64,000 nt of DNA from Patescibacteria group bacterium (GTDB taxonomy: Bacteria; Patescibacteriota; Dojkabacteria; J137), in contig CAUJCN010000002.1 in the NCBI GenBank assembly GCA_963169855.1, positions 5,508 to 69,507 on the forward strand. Direction: 5' to 3'. Positions 10,501 to 18,375 of this stretch are shown here, one piece after another. Under the pieces are notes generated by a model, which saw only the letters and a program-made list of their open reading frames with translations, searched no databases and was not told the origin of the DNA. The translations under genes and the position numbers were made by a program. Numbering within the stretch: the first letter of the stretch is position 1; every line of letters begins with the position of its first letter.

Positions 10501-12656
10501 GTAAGAAGTTCAGTCAGAGTGAATTGATTGCTCAAGGTTACGATCCTAGATTAGCAGCTAATTTATGCCCGCTTCCTGGAACATCAAAAATTAACCCTGC
10601 AGCAAAAGTGTCGTGTATTACAGATATTGTAGATAACAGAGTTGAAGATGTATTAGACACAGAATTATGCCGAAGGGGTTATCAAATCAGTGATAAATGT
10701 AAACTGCAGTGTATCGCTGCTCCTGTAGACTCTAGTCCAACAACTCCTCCAGCTTCCGAAGGAGAATCAACAATTAGAAGTTTAGCTGACGTGACACCTG
10801 GACTAGCTTCACTTACAAATAGGATCGAGACAACAATGCAGCTTCCAGAAGGAATGTTAATTGCATTAATGGAAAGAGAAATTACTTCTGCAGTTAAGAC
10901 AGTACAGGGTGAGCCTTTCGAACAACTATATAGAAGATCATCTAGTGGGCAATATGTTTGGGGTCCAGCACAGTTCCATCATATTTCGTGGTATGGTTCT
11001 GAATATGCGCCGTTCAACGATGAAGGAAGATTTGGAACAGGTTATGGAGAATTAGATGGACGAGGCTTTGGTGGAAATTCTCCTCCATACATTGCAGGAA
11101 CTCAACAATGTTTAGATGCATTAGCAATTAACTATACAGATGGTCAACATCTAGAAGAAGGTAAAGCTGATGTACTTGAACGTTCGTATTTAGGATTTGC
11201 TCTTTGTGCAGCAGCAGCTAAATTGAAGAATGATTCGAGAACATTTGATAAACAAGTTACAGAATGGACACAAGACGATGTATTTAATGCATCAAGAGCT
11301 TACCTTGGAGACTGTTCTCAGTTTGGCAGAAAGTATTGTGATATTTATGTAGAAACTATTTGTAATACTTACCCAGAAAAGAATCCTATTATCTGTGAAG
11401 GAGTTCCGATTAGACCAAGCCCAGGCGGCGAAATCTGCGTTCCAATTGAGGTCGATCCAACTGACGGCTGTAACTATGCAGATATTTCTTTGAAATATCC
11501 AATGCCAAGTGTTCAACTTGTGGTATCTCAGAAATACGGAAGTAACCTACATAGTGGGGTTGACTTAGCTGCAGCTATAAATACTCCTATCGTTGCAGCA
11601 GCAGATGGCGTTGTTACTTCTATAAATAACTCTGCTCAGCAACCGGCAAATGGTGCACCACAAGATCCAAGCTCTCCTGGATATTCACAAGGTGCTGGAA
11701 ACTTTGTAAAAATTAAACATCTGCAATTCCAGACTGATAACGAAATTTGGACAAGTTACCAACATATGTCACGAGTTGAATCAGGAATAGTTCCGGGGGT
11801 GCAAGTTAAAGCAGGTCAAGTAATTGGTTACGTTGGAACAACAGGAAGGACAACTGGTCCTCACCTTCACTTTGAGCTAAGACTAAACGATTGTTATGAC
11901 GGATATGGAGAAGGTGACAATCCATTGGGAACTTGCTCAGCAGATCCGCAGCTTTATATGTATCAGGGTGATAATCCACTCCAGTGTATTCCTGGAGCTG
12001 GAACAGATTCAGACATCATGACTGGATCATTTTCATGTCCTGTAACAAGCCCGACAAGAATATCTCAGAATTCTGATGGATGTAATGCATTTGGAACTTG
12101 CGGATTCTCACATTCAAAAGATAATATCTATAATCAGTATCAACAGAAGCCCACAGATATTACTGCTCCTGGACAGCAGGTTGTTGCCCCAACAGATGGA
12201 ACAATTATCGAGATTAGAGATCCCGTGGAAACTGTAAATGCCTATCAACCGATCGGATCTATCTGTGGATTCATCAAACTTCCAGATCAGTCAGAAAGTT
12301 ACTACGATGGTGGCTTTGTTATTCATATGCTAGATTCAACAGGAAGACTATGGAGATTTGTTCATGTTGAAGGTCTTAAAGTAAACGAAGGCGATAAAGT
12401 AACAAAAGGGCAACAACTAGCCGAAGTTTATGACGGCAAGCTTGGAGTTGAAACGAACTATTCAAAGAATACGAAGTATGGAGATAAGAACTGGGAACCA
12501 TGGAGTGTAAGAAGTGATAATGCAGATGGTTGTTTTAATGTTAATAACGCTCACTTGCACTTTGCTATTATTAGCAAGGATGCAATCTCAGCACCATATT
12601 TTGAAGGAAACGAAATTGATTCGACTCCTTGGGTTAAAAAATTCTGCAGCCTATGA
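7515..12656 (+). CDS. Giant (1713 aa) membrane-anchored, Cys-rich secreted multi-domain cell-wall hydrolase. It has a tentative clan GH-A glycosidase-like N-domain, a lysozyme/SLT-like segment, a canonical M23 peptidase domain and a second degenerate M23-like domain.
   Basis: N-terminal TM anchor (ILALVVVIGLISTVGLI). NEP (aa 238-240) and TEFG (aa 376-379) are spaced like GH-A acid/base and nucleophile motifs. ALMEREITS...SSSGQYVWGPAQF resembles the SLT E...S...GxxQ pattern. M23 HxxxD (LHSGVDLAA) and HxH (GPHLHFEL) motifs are present, and a C-terminal NAHLHFAI marks the second M23-like module. Confidence 0.8.
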   Translation: MSKIMDESPKRYTRSILALVVVIGLISTVGLIRDLSKQGIRPFGFIENVLAQVTQSNALSSVFVSQNEEPVLRKVFDSTDRCRPSGVNPLIPGKGGINLAALDSNTWRSVIDYSHGKNDVNEQLNMGYQLGMFTDPNDSGSAAEFIIDTSKAGMIPIVRLCYPGGCNFQIDVPLLRNPDNVQEMAAAEFQSQFATHDIVDFYKAIINELDRRIGGNKVYNEDISNLQGYEFVALVGPNEPGTAGEMQAFGIDNYDTLVRSVNEAGYYLQKLRVANGGIMYLAPGAFNLSNTQGDDLKEFFGPIERNNGGVQTTTQNGTELKVEYFDYVLGNAYDQDSTDPSHEPTTAATYVTNGNGGSGINLNYVSRKYDLPIILTEFGTFNGNMATFKYSFKQLCLNDNVEGILFFRNIAELQELSPEPRPLQVSTEVIRDMTLGCSRKITFPNCNFDTTLYATTRSLADTVPDSLAKAESFCSVVDEDYETKAAVTGGSGYRVVCGDAGNGRTHCSANAQNTLQIGLPINSFGSNSAFGTRTRQFPSYNVEAYASQSNQAVDSLNQFAGKITVGGITYPMPWLGSAIQNSSEIIMDNIHQGDVVGETLVSPGLEVYSSIADIAGDSGKGLARSVPYSTSGISKDGKIPDERTVLANDIVFDKALLSDLQALRPYNPSTFNSASEFPTYPMSCNSTGRYVSNADDYIYGPEIQLQNKAVWDGSGGRMCALVANRYGSSSPRVESLDPLNCQVLEDQFYISPSFGAISCRAALPACAQSADGINGGFCYIEPDVADQCLNFVPPDTGFRGVRVYVYSNTLDDIDAKVEIPGIYDSIFRLKDLMNREFKTNDLKLVMQEGYGWEVEVKLTTRDTSDIANQVVHQYVTTDAEKDVSNFEGEKVNMSSPNYVVRQFMPAKELSQKTNKSYIKDLEYLNQINEIRSVYLSDPNSSHPNNLSEYFSGVTNPFYDPSDTSKPNFNRQNILISDMSSQAMSYPLLSCDQVNICKKFSQSELIAQGYDPRLAANLCPLPGTSKINPAAKVSCITDIVDNRVEDVLDTELCRRGYQISDKCKLQCIAAPVDSSPTTPPASEGESTIRSLADVTPGLASLTNRIETTMQLPEGMLIALMEREITSAVKTVQGEPFEQLYRRSSSGQYVWGPAQFHHISWYGSEYAPFNDEGRFGTGYGELDGRGFGGNSPPYIAGTQQCLDALAINYTDGQHLEEGKADVLERSYLGFALCAAAAKLKNDSRTFDKQVTEWTQDDVFNASRAYLGDCSQFGRKYCDIYVETICNTYPEKNPIICEGVPIRPSPGGEICVPIEVDPTDGCNYADISLKYPMPSVQLVVSQKYGSNLHSGVDLAAAINTPIVAAADGVVTSINNSAQQPANGAPQDPSSPGYSQGAGNFVKIKHLQFQTDNEIWTSYQHMSRVESGIVPGVQVKAGQVIGYVGTTGRTTGPHLHFELRLNDCYDGYGEGDNPLGTCSADPQLYMYQGDNPLQCIPGAGTDSDIMTGSFSCPVTSPTRISQNSDGCNAFGTCGFSHSKDNIYNQYQQKPTDITAPGQQVVAPTDGTIIEIRDPVETVNAYQPIGSICGFIKLPDQSESYYDGGFVIHMLDSTGRLWRFVHVEGLKVNEGDKVTKGQQLAEVYDGKLGVETNYSKNTKYGDKNWEPWSVRSDNADGCFNVNNAHLHFAIISKDAISAPYFEGNEIDSTPWVKKFCSL

Positions 12657-13378
12657 ACACAAATTTAAACAAACAAGACAAGATTAATTACAAAGAATCT
12701 GAGGAGAAAGAAAAGAAGTGGTATCAAAGAATTACACTGCCTATGTTTGTTATGGCAACTATTACCGCAATAATAGTAATGCTTGCACTTGCAATTGTTT
12801 ACTCTGGTGTGAACAGTCTAAGACCAACACAAATCGCAGAAGGGATAGAAGAAATTAGACTTGAGTCTGCAAATGGTCAGATAGTAATGCAGTATAAACT
12901 TTACGATAATAACGGTCGTAAAGTGTTACTAATTGTCGCAAATAATATAAGTGATACAATTTCTTTAAGAAATTTAGTCAATGGAATTGTGTATTCAAAA
13001 GGCTTGACTTTAAATGATGTAGATATCGTTTTAAAAGATTTAGATGAAGATTCATCCTTATCACCGGAAGCTTATTTTGCTCAAATTGAGAATGAAGTTG
13101 ATCCTTTAAACCCATTATTTCAAAGCGATAATAATGAATTCTATCAGGGAGAAGAAACGATTGATCCAATAGATTTTAGATTATACATTCTAGCAACGAG
13201 GTACGAAGACTCTAGATTTAGAGTTGTTCAGCTTGATGAAAATACATTTAGGATTGAGCTGAAAGAAGATTTTACTGAGGAGCGCTTTAGAAATGAGTTC
13301 TTAAAAAACTTTCTAAATACTGATGGAATAACATTTATCTTTGTTGATCAGAACTCAATCAGGGAAGAAACTCCGTAA
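12653..13378 (+). CDS. Hypothetical membrane-anchored protein translationally coupled (ATGA overlap) to the giant hydrolase
   Basis: 241 aa with one TM segment (ITLPMFVMATITAIIVMLALAIVYSG) followed by an acidic soluble domain. The start overlaps the upstream stop. Confidence 0.6.
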   Translation: MNTNLNKQDKINYKESEEKEKKWYQRITLPMFVMATITAIIVMLALAIVYSGVNSLRPTQIAEGIEEIRLESANGQIVMQYKLYDNNGRKVLLIVANNISDTISLRNLVNGIVYSKGLTLNDVDIVLKDLDEDSSLSPEAYFAQIENEVDPLNPLFQSDNNEFYQGEETIDPIDFRLYILATRYEDSRFRVVQLDENTFRIELKEDFTEERFRNEFLKNFLNTDGITFIFVDQNSIREETP

Positions 13379-13962
13379 TCACTTTTTAGAAATATATGGA
13401 TTTCCTTTAATGCAAAATCTTAACTCCATTTCTTTGGATTTTGATATGCCAACTCTTGTTGAAGAAATCACTTCTTTTTCTAAATTCTCTGGAAGTTCAG
13501 CAATAAACACTTCGGAATCAGAACTTGTAAGATCTATTCCATCTTGAAGTTTGGTTATATCCATAGCCTTGCATAGCTTGCCTGGTCCAGTTGTGAGATC
13601 TTTGAGATTAGTTTTATCTCTGTGTTTCTGCATTATTTCTATTCCAGTTAAAGGTTGCAGTGCACGAATTAAAACGCTTCCACCTACTCCCTTTCCTTGG
13701 CAAACTGCATCAATACAATGTTGGCTATGAATTGTATGAACATATGAGTGTCCCCCTTCTAGAAAAAGTGATTATTGCTTTTAGTTTTTCCTCTAAATGC
13801 ATGTGCAGCATGATCATCCATTGCAAGATAAGCTTCTGTTTCAACTATGATTCCGCTGATAATCTGATTATTGAACTTTCGGACTAAAACTTTACCTAAA
13901 AGGTCTTTTGCAACAGTCTCTGGGTTGCGTTTATAAAATTCTCTAAGAAGAATATTATCCAT
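13379..13962 (-). pseudogene. 3-methyladenine DNA glycosylase (Mpg/AAG family) interrupted by a single-base frameshift in an A5 homopolymer (plus strand 13763-13767)
   Basis: N-terminal ORF 13759-13962 ([28 protein letters not shown]) and C-terminal frame 13379-13758 ([51 protein letters not shown]...). Inserting one T restores [12 protein letters not shown], matching the Mpg ETEAY...HA.RG..RN..MFG..G..YVY.YG.H motifs. Confidence 0.65.
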
Positions 13963-15025
13963 GCCTGAAGACTACTATATCTCCATCTTTAACTACATAG
14001 TCCTTACCTTCTAGTCGTACTTTTCCTACATTCTTGCAATTGTTCCAACCTCCAATGTCTAGGTAGTCTTGAAAATAGCACACATCGCAAGCAATGAATT
14101 TTTTTAAGAAATCTGTATGGATTGCAGTTCCAGCCAAAGGTGCTTTCCATCCTTTCTCAATTGTCCAAGCTCTAACCTCTTCTGGTCCTTCGGTAAAGTA
14201 TGAAATCAATCCAAGAAGATCATAAGCTGCTCTAGTTAATCTTTCTAAACCTGTTTCTTGTAAACCAAGTTCATCCATGAACATTTTCCTGTCAGCTTCG
14301 TTCATTGTTGCTAAATCGTATTCTGTTTTAATATCCATTGTAATGTAGTTCTGATTCTCTAAGATTTCTTTTAGAGGTTCCATGTCTGCATCTTTTGTTG
14401 CATTCACAAGGAAAATTACTGGTTTATCAGTTATCAAGAATAATCCTTTTCTTTCTTTCGCAGCATCTTCGTCTTCAGGTAATGGGAAATCTTTAGCTAA
14501 TTTACCTTCTTCTAAATGTTTGCTTAATTCAGTCAAATGTTCCGATAGTGCTCCTAACACTTTATCGAACTTTGCTTTACTTCCAATTCCAGCTTGTCTG
14601 TTAGCAACTGTCTCCATGTCTTTCAAAATTAATTCAGTATTGATTAATTCGATATCTCTTGTAGGATTTACAGAATTTTCTACATGTGTGATGTTTGAAT
14701 TATCGAAAGCTCTGATTACCTGAACAATAGCGTCAACTTCTTTGATATGACTTAAGAATTTGTTTCCCAATCCAGCACCGCTAGCAGCTCCTTTAACAAG
14801 CCCAGCAATGTCTACAAACTCTATTACAGCAGGTGTAGTTCGAGCTGGTTTTGCAATATTTGCAATGTCGAACAGTCTTTTATCTGCAACAGCAACAATC
14901 CCAACATTAGGATCAATTGTACAGAAAGGATAGTTTTCTGCAGGTACACTTTGCTTAGTTAAAGCATTAAATAATGTTGATTTTCCCACGTTCGGCAAGC
15001 CAACAATTCCAAGTTTTAAATTCAT
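13955..15025 (-). CDS. ychF: Ribosome-binding ATPase YchF (Obg-like GTPase family)
   Basis: 356 aa with [16 protein letters not shown]1 motif, a YchF-type TGS C-terminal domain and a coiled-coil insert. ATG verified. Confidence 0.9.
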   Translation of the reverse strand: MNLKLGIVGLPNVGKSTLFNALTKQSVPAENYPFCTIDPNVGIVAVADKRLFDIANIAKPARTTPAVIEFVDIAGLVKGAASGAGLGNKFLSHIKEVDAIVQVIRAFDNSNITHVENSVNPTRDIELINTELILKDMETVANRQAGIGSKAKFDKVLGALSEHLTELSKHLEEGKLAKDFPLPEDEDAAKERKGLFLITDKPVIFLVNATKDADMEPLKEILENQNYITMDIKTEYDLATMNEADRKMFMDELGLQETGLERLTRAAYDLLGLISYFTEGPEEVRAWTIEKGWKAPLAGTAIHTDFLKKFIACDVCYFQDYLDIGGWNNCKNVGKVRLEGKDYVVKDGDIVVFRHG

Positions 15026-15082
15026 AAGATCGTATTAATAACAAAGCATTATAGCACTTATGGATAAGATGAAATTGGGAAT

Positions 15083-15490
15083 CTAGTTAGAAACTCTGTT
15101 AACCAAGATATCGAGAACTTCAGTATTTCCATCTAATTTTGACTGTATGGTAACAAGCTGACTTCCTGGTTCTAAATCTATGATGGTTGTGTAGACATTA
15201 TTCCTACTAGAAGTGAATTCTTCGTTATTGACTAAAACTTCATCTCCGTTAGTTCTAAATTGTACTGTAATAGATTCCGAAGAAGTTTCGAACTGATTTG
15301 TTTCTGGAGTAAGGAGCTCAATAAAAAGCTCTTGAGAATTTTGATTAGTAGTTTGAGTTGTATCTTCAACAGAATTTGTAACTTCTTTGTTATTAGCAAA
15401 TGCATGAGCAAGAGCAAAAATGTTCAAGAAAACTAGAACTATCAAAGTTATGTAAATTGTCCTTCTTTGAGAAGTTGTAAAAGAATCCAT
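15083..15490 (-). CDS. Hypothetical secreted/membrane-anchored protein
   Basis: 135 aa with an N-terminal hydrophobic anchor and a T/N/Q-rich region. Confidence 0.45.
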   Translation of the reverse strand: MDSFTTSQRRTIYITLIVLVFLNIFALAHAFANNKEVTNSVEDTTQTTNQNSQELFIELLTPETNQFETSSESITVQFRTNGDEVLVNNEEFTSSRNNVYTTIIDLEPGSQLVTIQSKLDGNTEVLDILVNRVSN

Positions 15491-15528
15491 GAATAAAGTT
15501 TACAACTTTACTCAATATGTTCCAAGTA

Positions 15529-16020
15529 TTAGTTCTTGTAAATGATTTCTTCTATAGGAAGATCCTTTGGATAATCAAAGTTTCCTTCAGGCAGTTGATA
15601 ATCTGGTTGAACATAAGCCAAAGTAATTCGAGGCTTAAATTCGTATCTTCTGAAAGGATCTTGATCAAAAACATTAAAACTTTTTGCGATTGATGCTAGA
15701 GAACCATCTTCGTCTATAACTTCTACCATTAATACTTTGTACATTCCTTGAAAACCAGTTTTCACAAAAAGCCTACCTAATTTGATTGTTTTGACATCTA
15801 AGGAGTCAAGCCTTGTTTTCATTGAATCTCTGTTAATGTGATCGTCTAAAAGTCCAAAAACAAAAGTCAAATGTAACTTGTCTGTTACGTTTCCGTTAAT
15901 TCTTGGAACGGTATCAGATTTGTAAAAGTCCGATGGTTTACATACTTGATTTACTAATTCAGTGAATTTTGATGCAGTATCTTTTTCAATAACTGCCACA
16001 ACATGTCCTTCGTTTCCCAT
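15529..16020 (-). CDS. LigT-like 2H phosphoesterase-family protein (paralog of 58420-58962); second HxT motif degenerate (RITL)
   Basis: 163 aa. Motif LHLTFVFGL (H-x-T-x) is present, and the position of the second motif reads PRITLAYV. It is clearly alignable with the 58420-58962 protein (YKVLMVEVIDEDG / YKVLIVEVLDSNG). Confidence 0.5.
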   Translation of the reverse strand: MGNEGHVVAVIEKDTASKFTELVNQVCKPSDFYKSDTVPRINGNVTDKLHLTFVFGLLDDHINRDSMKTRLDSLDVKTIKLGRLFVKTGFQGMYKVLMVEVIDEDGSLASIAKSFNVFDQDPFRRYEFKPRITLAYVQPDYQLPEGNFDYPKDLPIEEIIYKN

Positions 16021-16127
16021 AGTTGAAATTTAATATTTACAACTTATTATACGCCAGAATCGCTAAGTGCAGGAATAAAATTTTGTATTGGTATATAATA
16101 TTATGGTAATAAATGTGCATTTAAGTC

Positions 16128-16634
16128 ATGAATCAAGATTATCCATACAGATACGGTGCGATAGGAGTAATTGTTAATAACCAGGGAAAATTTCTTGTAG
16201 TAAATGTACTTGGTTATAAGCCAGGAGATTTTGATTTTGTTGGTGGTGGAAGAGAAGGCAGTGAAACTCCAGAAGAAAACCTCTACAGAGAAATTTATGA
16301 AGAATTAGGATTGTCACCAAACAATTTTAGATTGATTGGCCAAAGCAATCACAAGCTTTCGTTTGATTTCAAAGGCGGGTTTAGAGAATTCGATACTCCG
16401 AGTGGTAAAGTTAAGTATAAAGGACAAATTAAGGATGCATTTGTACTTGAATTTGTAGGTAACGAAATGGATATAAAGCCAGCTGTTGATCAGGTAAGAG
16501 AATATAAATGGATTGATGCTAGCGAACTAAAAACTCATTTGAACTTTAGGGGGCAATTTGAAGATGCGATTACAATAATTCAAGATGTTATTCCTGAGTA
16601 CCTGAAAGAAGGTGATGAAATAAAGTTTATTTGA
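16128..16634 (+). CDS. NUDIX hydrolase
   Basis: 168 aa with Nudix box GGGREGSETPEENLYREIYEELG (Gx5Ex7REUxEExGU). Confidence 0.75.
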   Translation: MNQDYPYRYGAIGVIVNNQGKFLVVNVLGYKPGDFDFVGGGREGSETPEENLYREIYEELGLSPNNFRLIGQSNHKLSFDFKGGFREFDTPSGKVKYKGQIKDAFVLEFVGNEMDIKPAVDQVREYKWIDASELKTHLNFRGQFEDAITIIQDVIPEYLKEGDEIKFI

Positions 16635-16752
16635 TAAAATCATGTAAAAGCCAGAAGTTTAAAGCTAAATGGCACGATATTTTCAAGTATCTCGAAGAAT
16701 GAAATTTGTATTTTAATCTTTGAATCTTTATATTTTTAATTTTTTAGTAATT

Positions 16753-17463
16753 ATGGCAAATCTACCAATAACTCCATCTTCATACATGCCTAACTTGTTA
16801 CACATTGTTCCACCATACACTGGCGAAGAACGAACTGTAGTTAATGCGATTGTGGAAGTAAACTCAAACTCAATTAACAAATACGAAATAATTACAGAAA
16901 CAGGTCATCTTAAATTAGATAGAGTTGGATATTCAAGTCTAGCGTATCCTTTTACTTACGGTGCAATTCCTAGAACCTGGGATTTGGACGGAGATCCTTT
17001 AGATGTGGTTATTGTAAATGTAGCAGAGCCTTTGATCCCTGGATCACTTGTTGAAGCAAGAATTATTGGAGTTATGAAATTCGTTGATGGAGGAGAAGTT
17101 GATGATAAAGTTATTGCAGTTTTAAACGATGATAAAAGAGTCGATCATATCAAAACTATTGCTGACTTAGGCGAATACTGGGTAAAGGAAGCAACCTACT
17201 ACTGGGAACATTACAAAGATTTAAAGAAACCAGGCACTGGGAAAGTGGAAGGATTCTTCGATTTAGAAGTAGCTCAACAGGTTATTAACGAATGTGCAGA
17301 TAGATATGTAGAAGATTTTCTACCAAAGCTAGATGCTGATAGCTCATGCGCTTGTGGCTGTGAAGGATGCGAAGATTGCGATTGCGAAAATTGCCAGGAA
17401 GATCAAGAAGGACATTGTCATTGCGACTGTGAAGCTTGTGCATCTCAACATGTAGCTCACTAA
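16753..17463 (+). CDS. ppa: Family I inorganic pyrophosphatase with an unusual Cys/His-rich C-terminal tail
   Basis: Motifs NAIVEVNSNSINKYE and DGDPLDVVI. The tail is CACGCEGCEDCDCENCQEDQEGHCHCDCEACASQHVAH. The ORF-table start (16720) is TTG; the ATG at 16753 (MANLPITP) is likelier. Confidence 0.8.
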   Translation: MANLPITPSSYMPNLLHIVPPYTGEERTVVNAIVEVNSNSINKYEIITETGHLKLDRVGYSSLAYPFTYGAIPRTWDLDGDPLDVVIVNVAEPLIPGSLVEARIIGVMKFVDGGEVDDKVIAVLNDDKRVDHIKTIADLGEYWVKEATYYWEHYKDLKKPGTGKVEGFFDLEVAQQVINECADRYVEDFLPKLDADSSCACGCEGCEDCDCENCQEDQEGHCHCDCEACASQHVAH

Positions 17464-17485
17464 TAAAAATCTGCTAGAATGTGAA

Positions 17486-17513
17486 CCGAGGATTCAAAAG
17501 ATCTTCGGTTTTT
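17486..17513 (+). terminator. Rho-independent terminator after ppa
   Basis: Hairpin ccgagga-(9 nt)-tcttcgg followed by TTTTTATTT. Confidence 0.5.
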
Positions 17514-17531
17514 ATTTGTTACTTTCTCAGC

Positions 17532-18077
17532 ATGATAGTTCCTATTAACGAAGTTTTAGAAAATAATTGGCTTACTGGCAGAGACATTGGTAATGGAGAT
17601 GGACTAGTAGAACCAGAAGGAGCGGCGATTGATGTAAGGTTAGGAGAGATTTGGGAAATGGATCCAAATTCGGAGGCTTTTTTAGGCAAAACAACTAGAA
17701 AAACTAGAGAATATAAAAAAGTTGCAGAATACGATCCTGCACAAGAAGACAACTGGTTTACACTTGAACCAAATAAATACTATCAATTCAAGACAGTAGA
17801 AACTATGGATGTGCCACAAACTATTGTGGCTAGATTCGTTGCAAGATACAATGTACTGGCTAATGGAATAATGGTTTTAGGTTACAAAGCAGATCCTGGT
17901 TACCAAGGGCCATTCGTTGTTCCAATTATCAATCTTTCTGGAGTACCATTTAAAATGGAGCTAGGATGCAGATTTGCTCAATTTGAATTCCATAGAGTTG
18001 ATGGTGATGGAGTTATGTATAGAGGTCAATGGAAAGGAGGCAGAGTTTACACTAAAGAAGAAGAGGTTCAAGTTTAA
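17532..18077 (+). CDS. dCTP deaminase/dUTPase-superfamily protein
   Basis: DPGYQGPFVVPIINLSGVPFKMELGCRFAQFEF resembles the dCTP deaminase core (D.G..G.L.LE..N...RIAQLVF). The GTG at 17481 would overlap the terminator; the ATG at 17532 is preferred. Confidence 0.5.
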   Translation: MIVPINEVLENNWLTGRDIGNGDGLVEPEGAAIDVRLGEIWEMDPNSEAFLGKTTRKTREYKKVAEYDPAQEDNWFTLEPNKYYQFKTVETMDVPQTIVARFVARYNVLANGIMVLGYKADPGYQGPFVVPIINLSGVPFKMELGCRFAQFEFHRVDGDGVMYRGQWKGGRVYTKEEEVQV

Positions 18078-18245
18078 AATTCCCCTATAGTATTGCAATC
18101 GTATACAAAAGTGCTACAATAACTGCATGAAAAATAATTTAAAGCTGACAAACTCATGGTCAAAGCATTCAACAAGAATGTTTAGATATCTACACCTTGT
18201 AGAGCCAGGAGCTGTAAGTTAGTTAGCAAATATTTTTCAACTAAA

Positions 18246-18272
18246 AGACCTCCTGGAAAGGAGGTTTTTTTA
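18246..18272 (+). terminator. Rho-independent terminator
   Basis: acctcc-tggaaa-ggaggt hairpin followed by a T7 run. Confidence 0.6.
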
Positions 18273-18284
18273 TACCTTATTTTT

Positions 18285-18346
18285 ATTCCTGAAATGAATT
18301 CAGGATTATAAGGATTTTACTTATTCCCGTAACACGTACGGGATTA
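18285..18346. repeat. Two similar palindromes (TTATTCCTGAAatgaaTTCAGGATTAT and TTATTCCCGTAacacgTACGGGATTAT) 15 nt apart, between the terminator and the downstream operon
   Basis: Seen directly. The two units share TTATTCC...GGATTAT flanks. Candidate operator or small repeat element. Confidence 0.5.
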
Positions 18347-18375
18347 TGTAGAAGTTTATTTTTTATTATTATTTT

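Noticed and set aside
8037-11516. Minus-strand ORFs 8037-8321, 8974-9156, 9547-9783 and 11292-11516 inside the giant hydrolase gene
   Set aside because: Antisense to a continuous 5.1-kb ORF with clear M23 motifs; no motifs of their own.
13660-13887. Plus-strand 75-aa ORF across the Mpg frameshift site
   Set aside because: Antisense to the glycosylase pseudogene, which explains the region better.
14382-14723. Plus-strand 113-aa ORF inside ychF
   Set aside because: Antisense shadow ORF.
15232-15417. Low-complexity ORF (LKIQLKLLIKILK...) inside 15083-15490
   Set aside because: Alternative frame of an AT-rich region with a repetitive Leu/Lys/Ile product.
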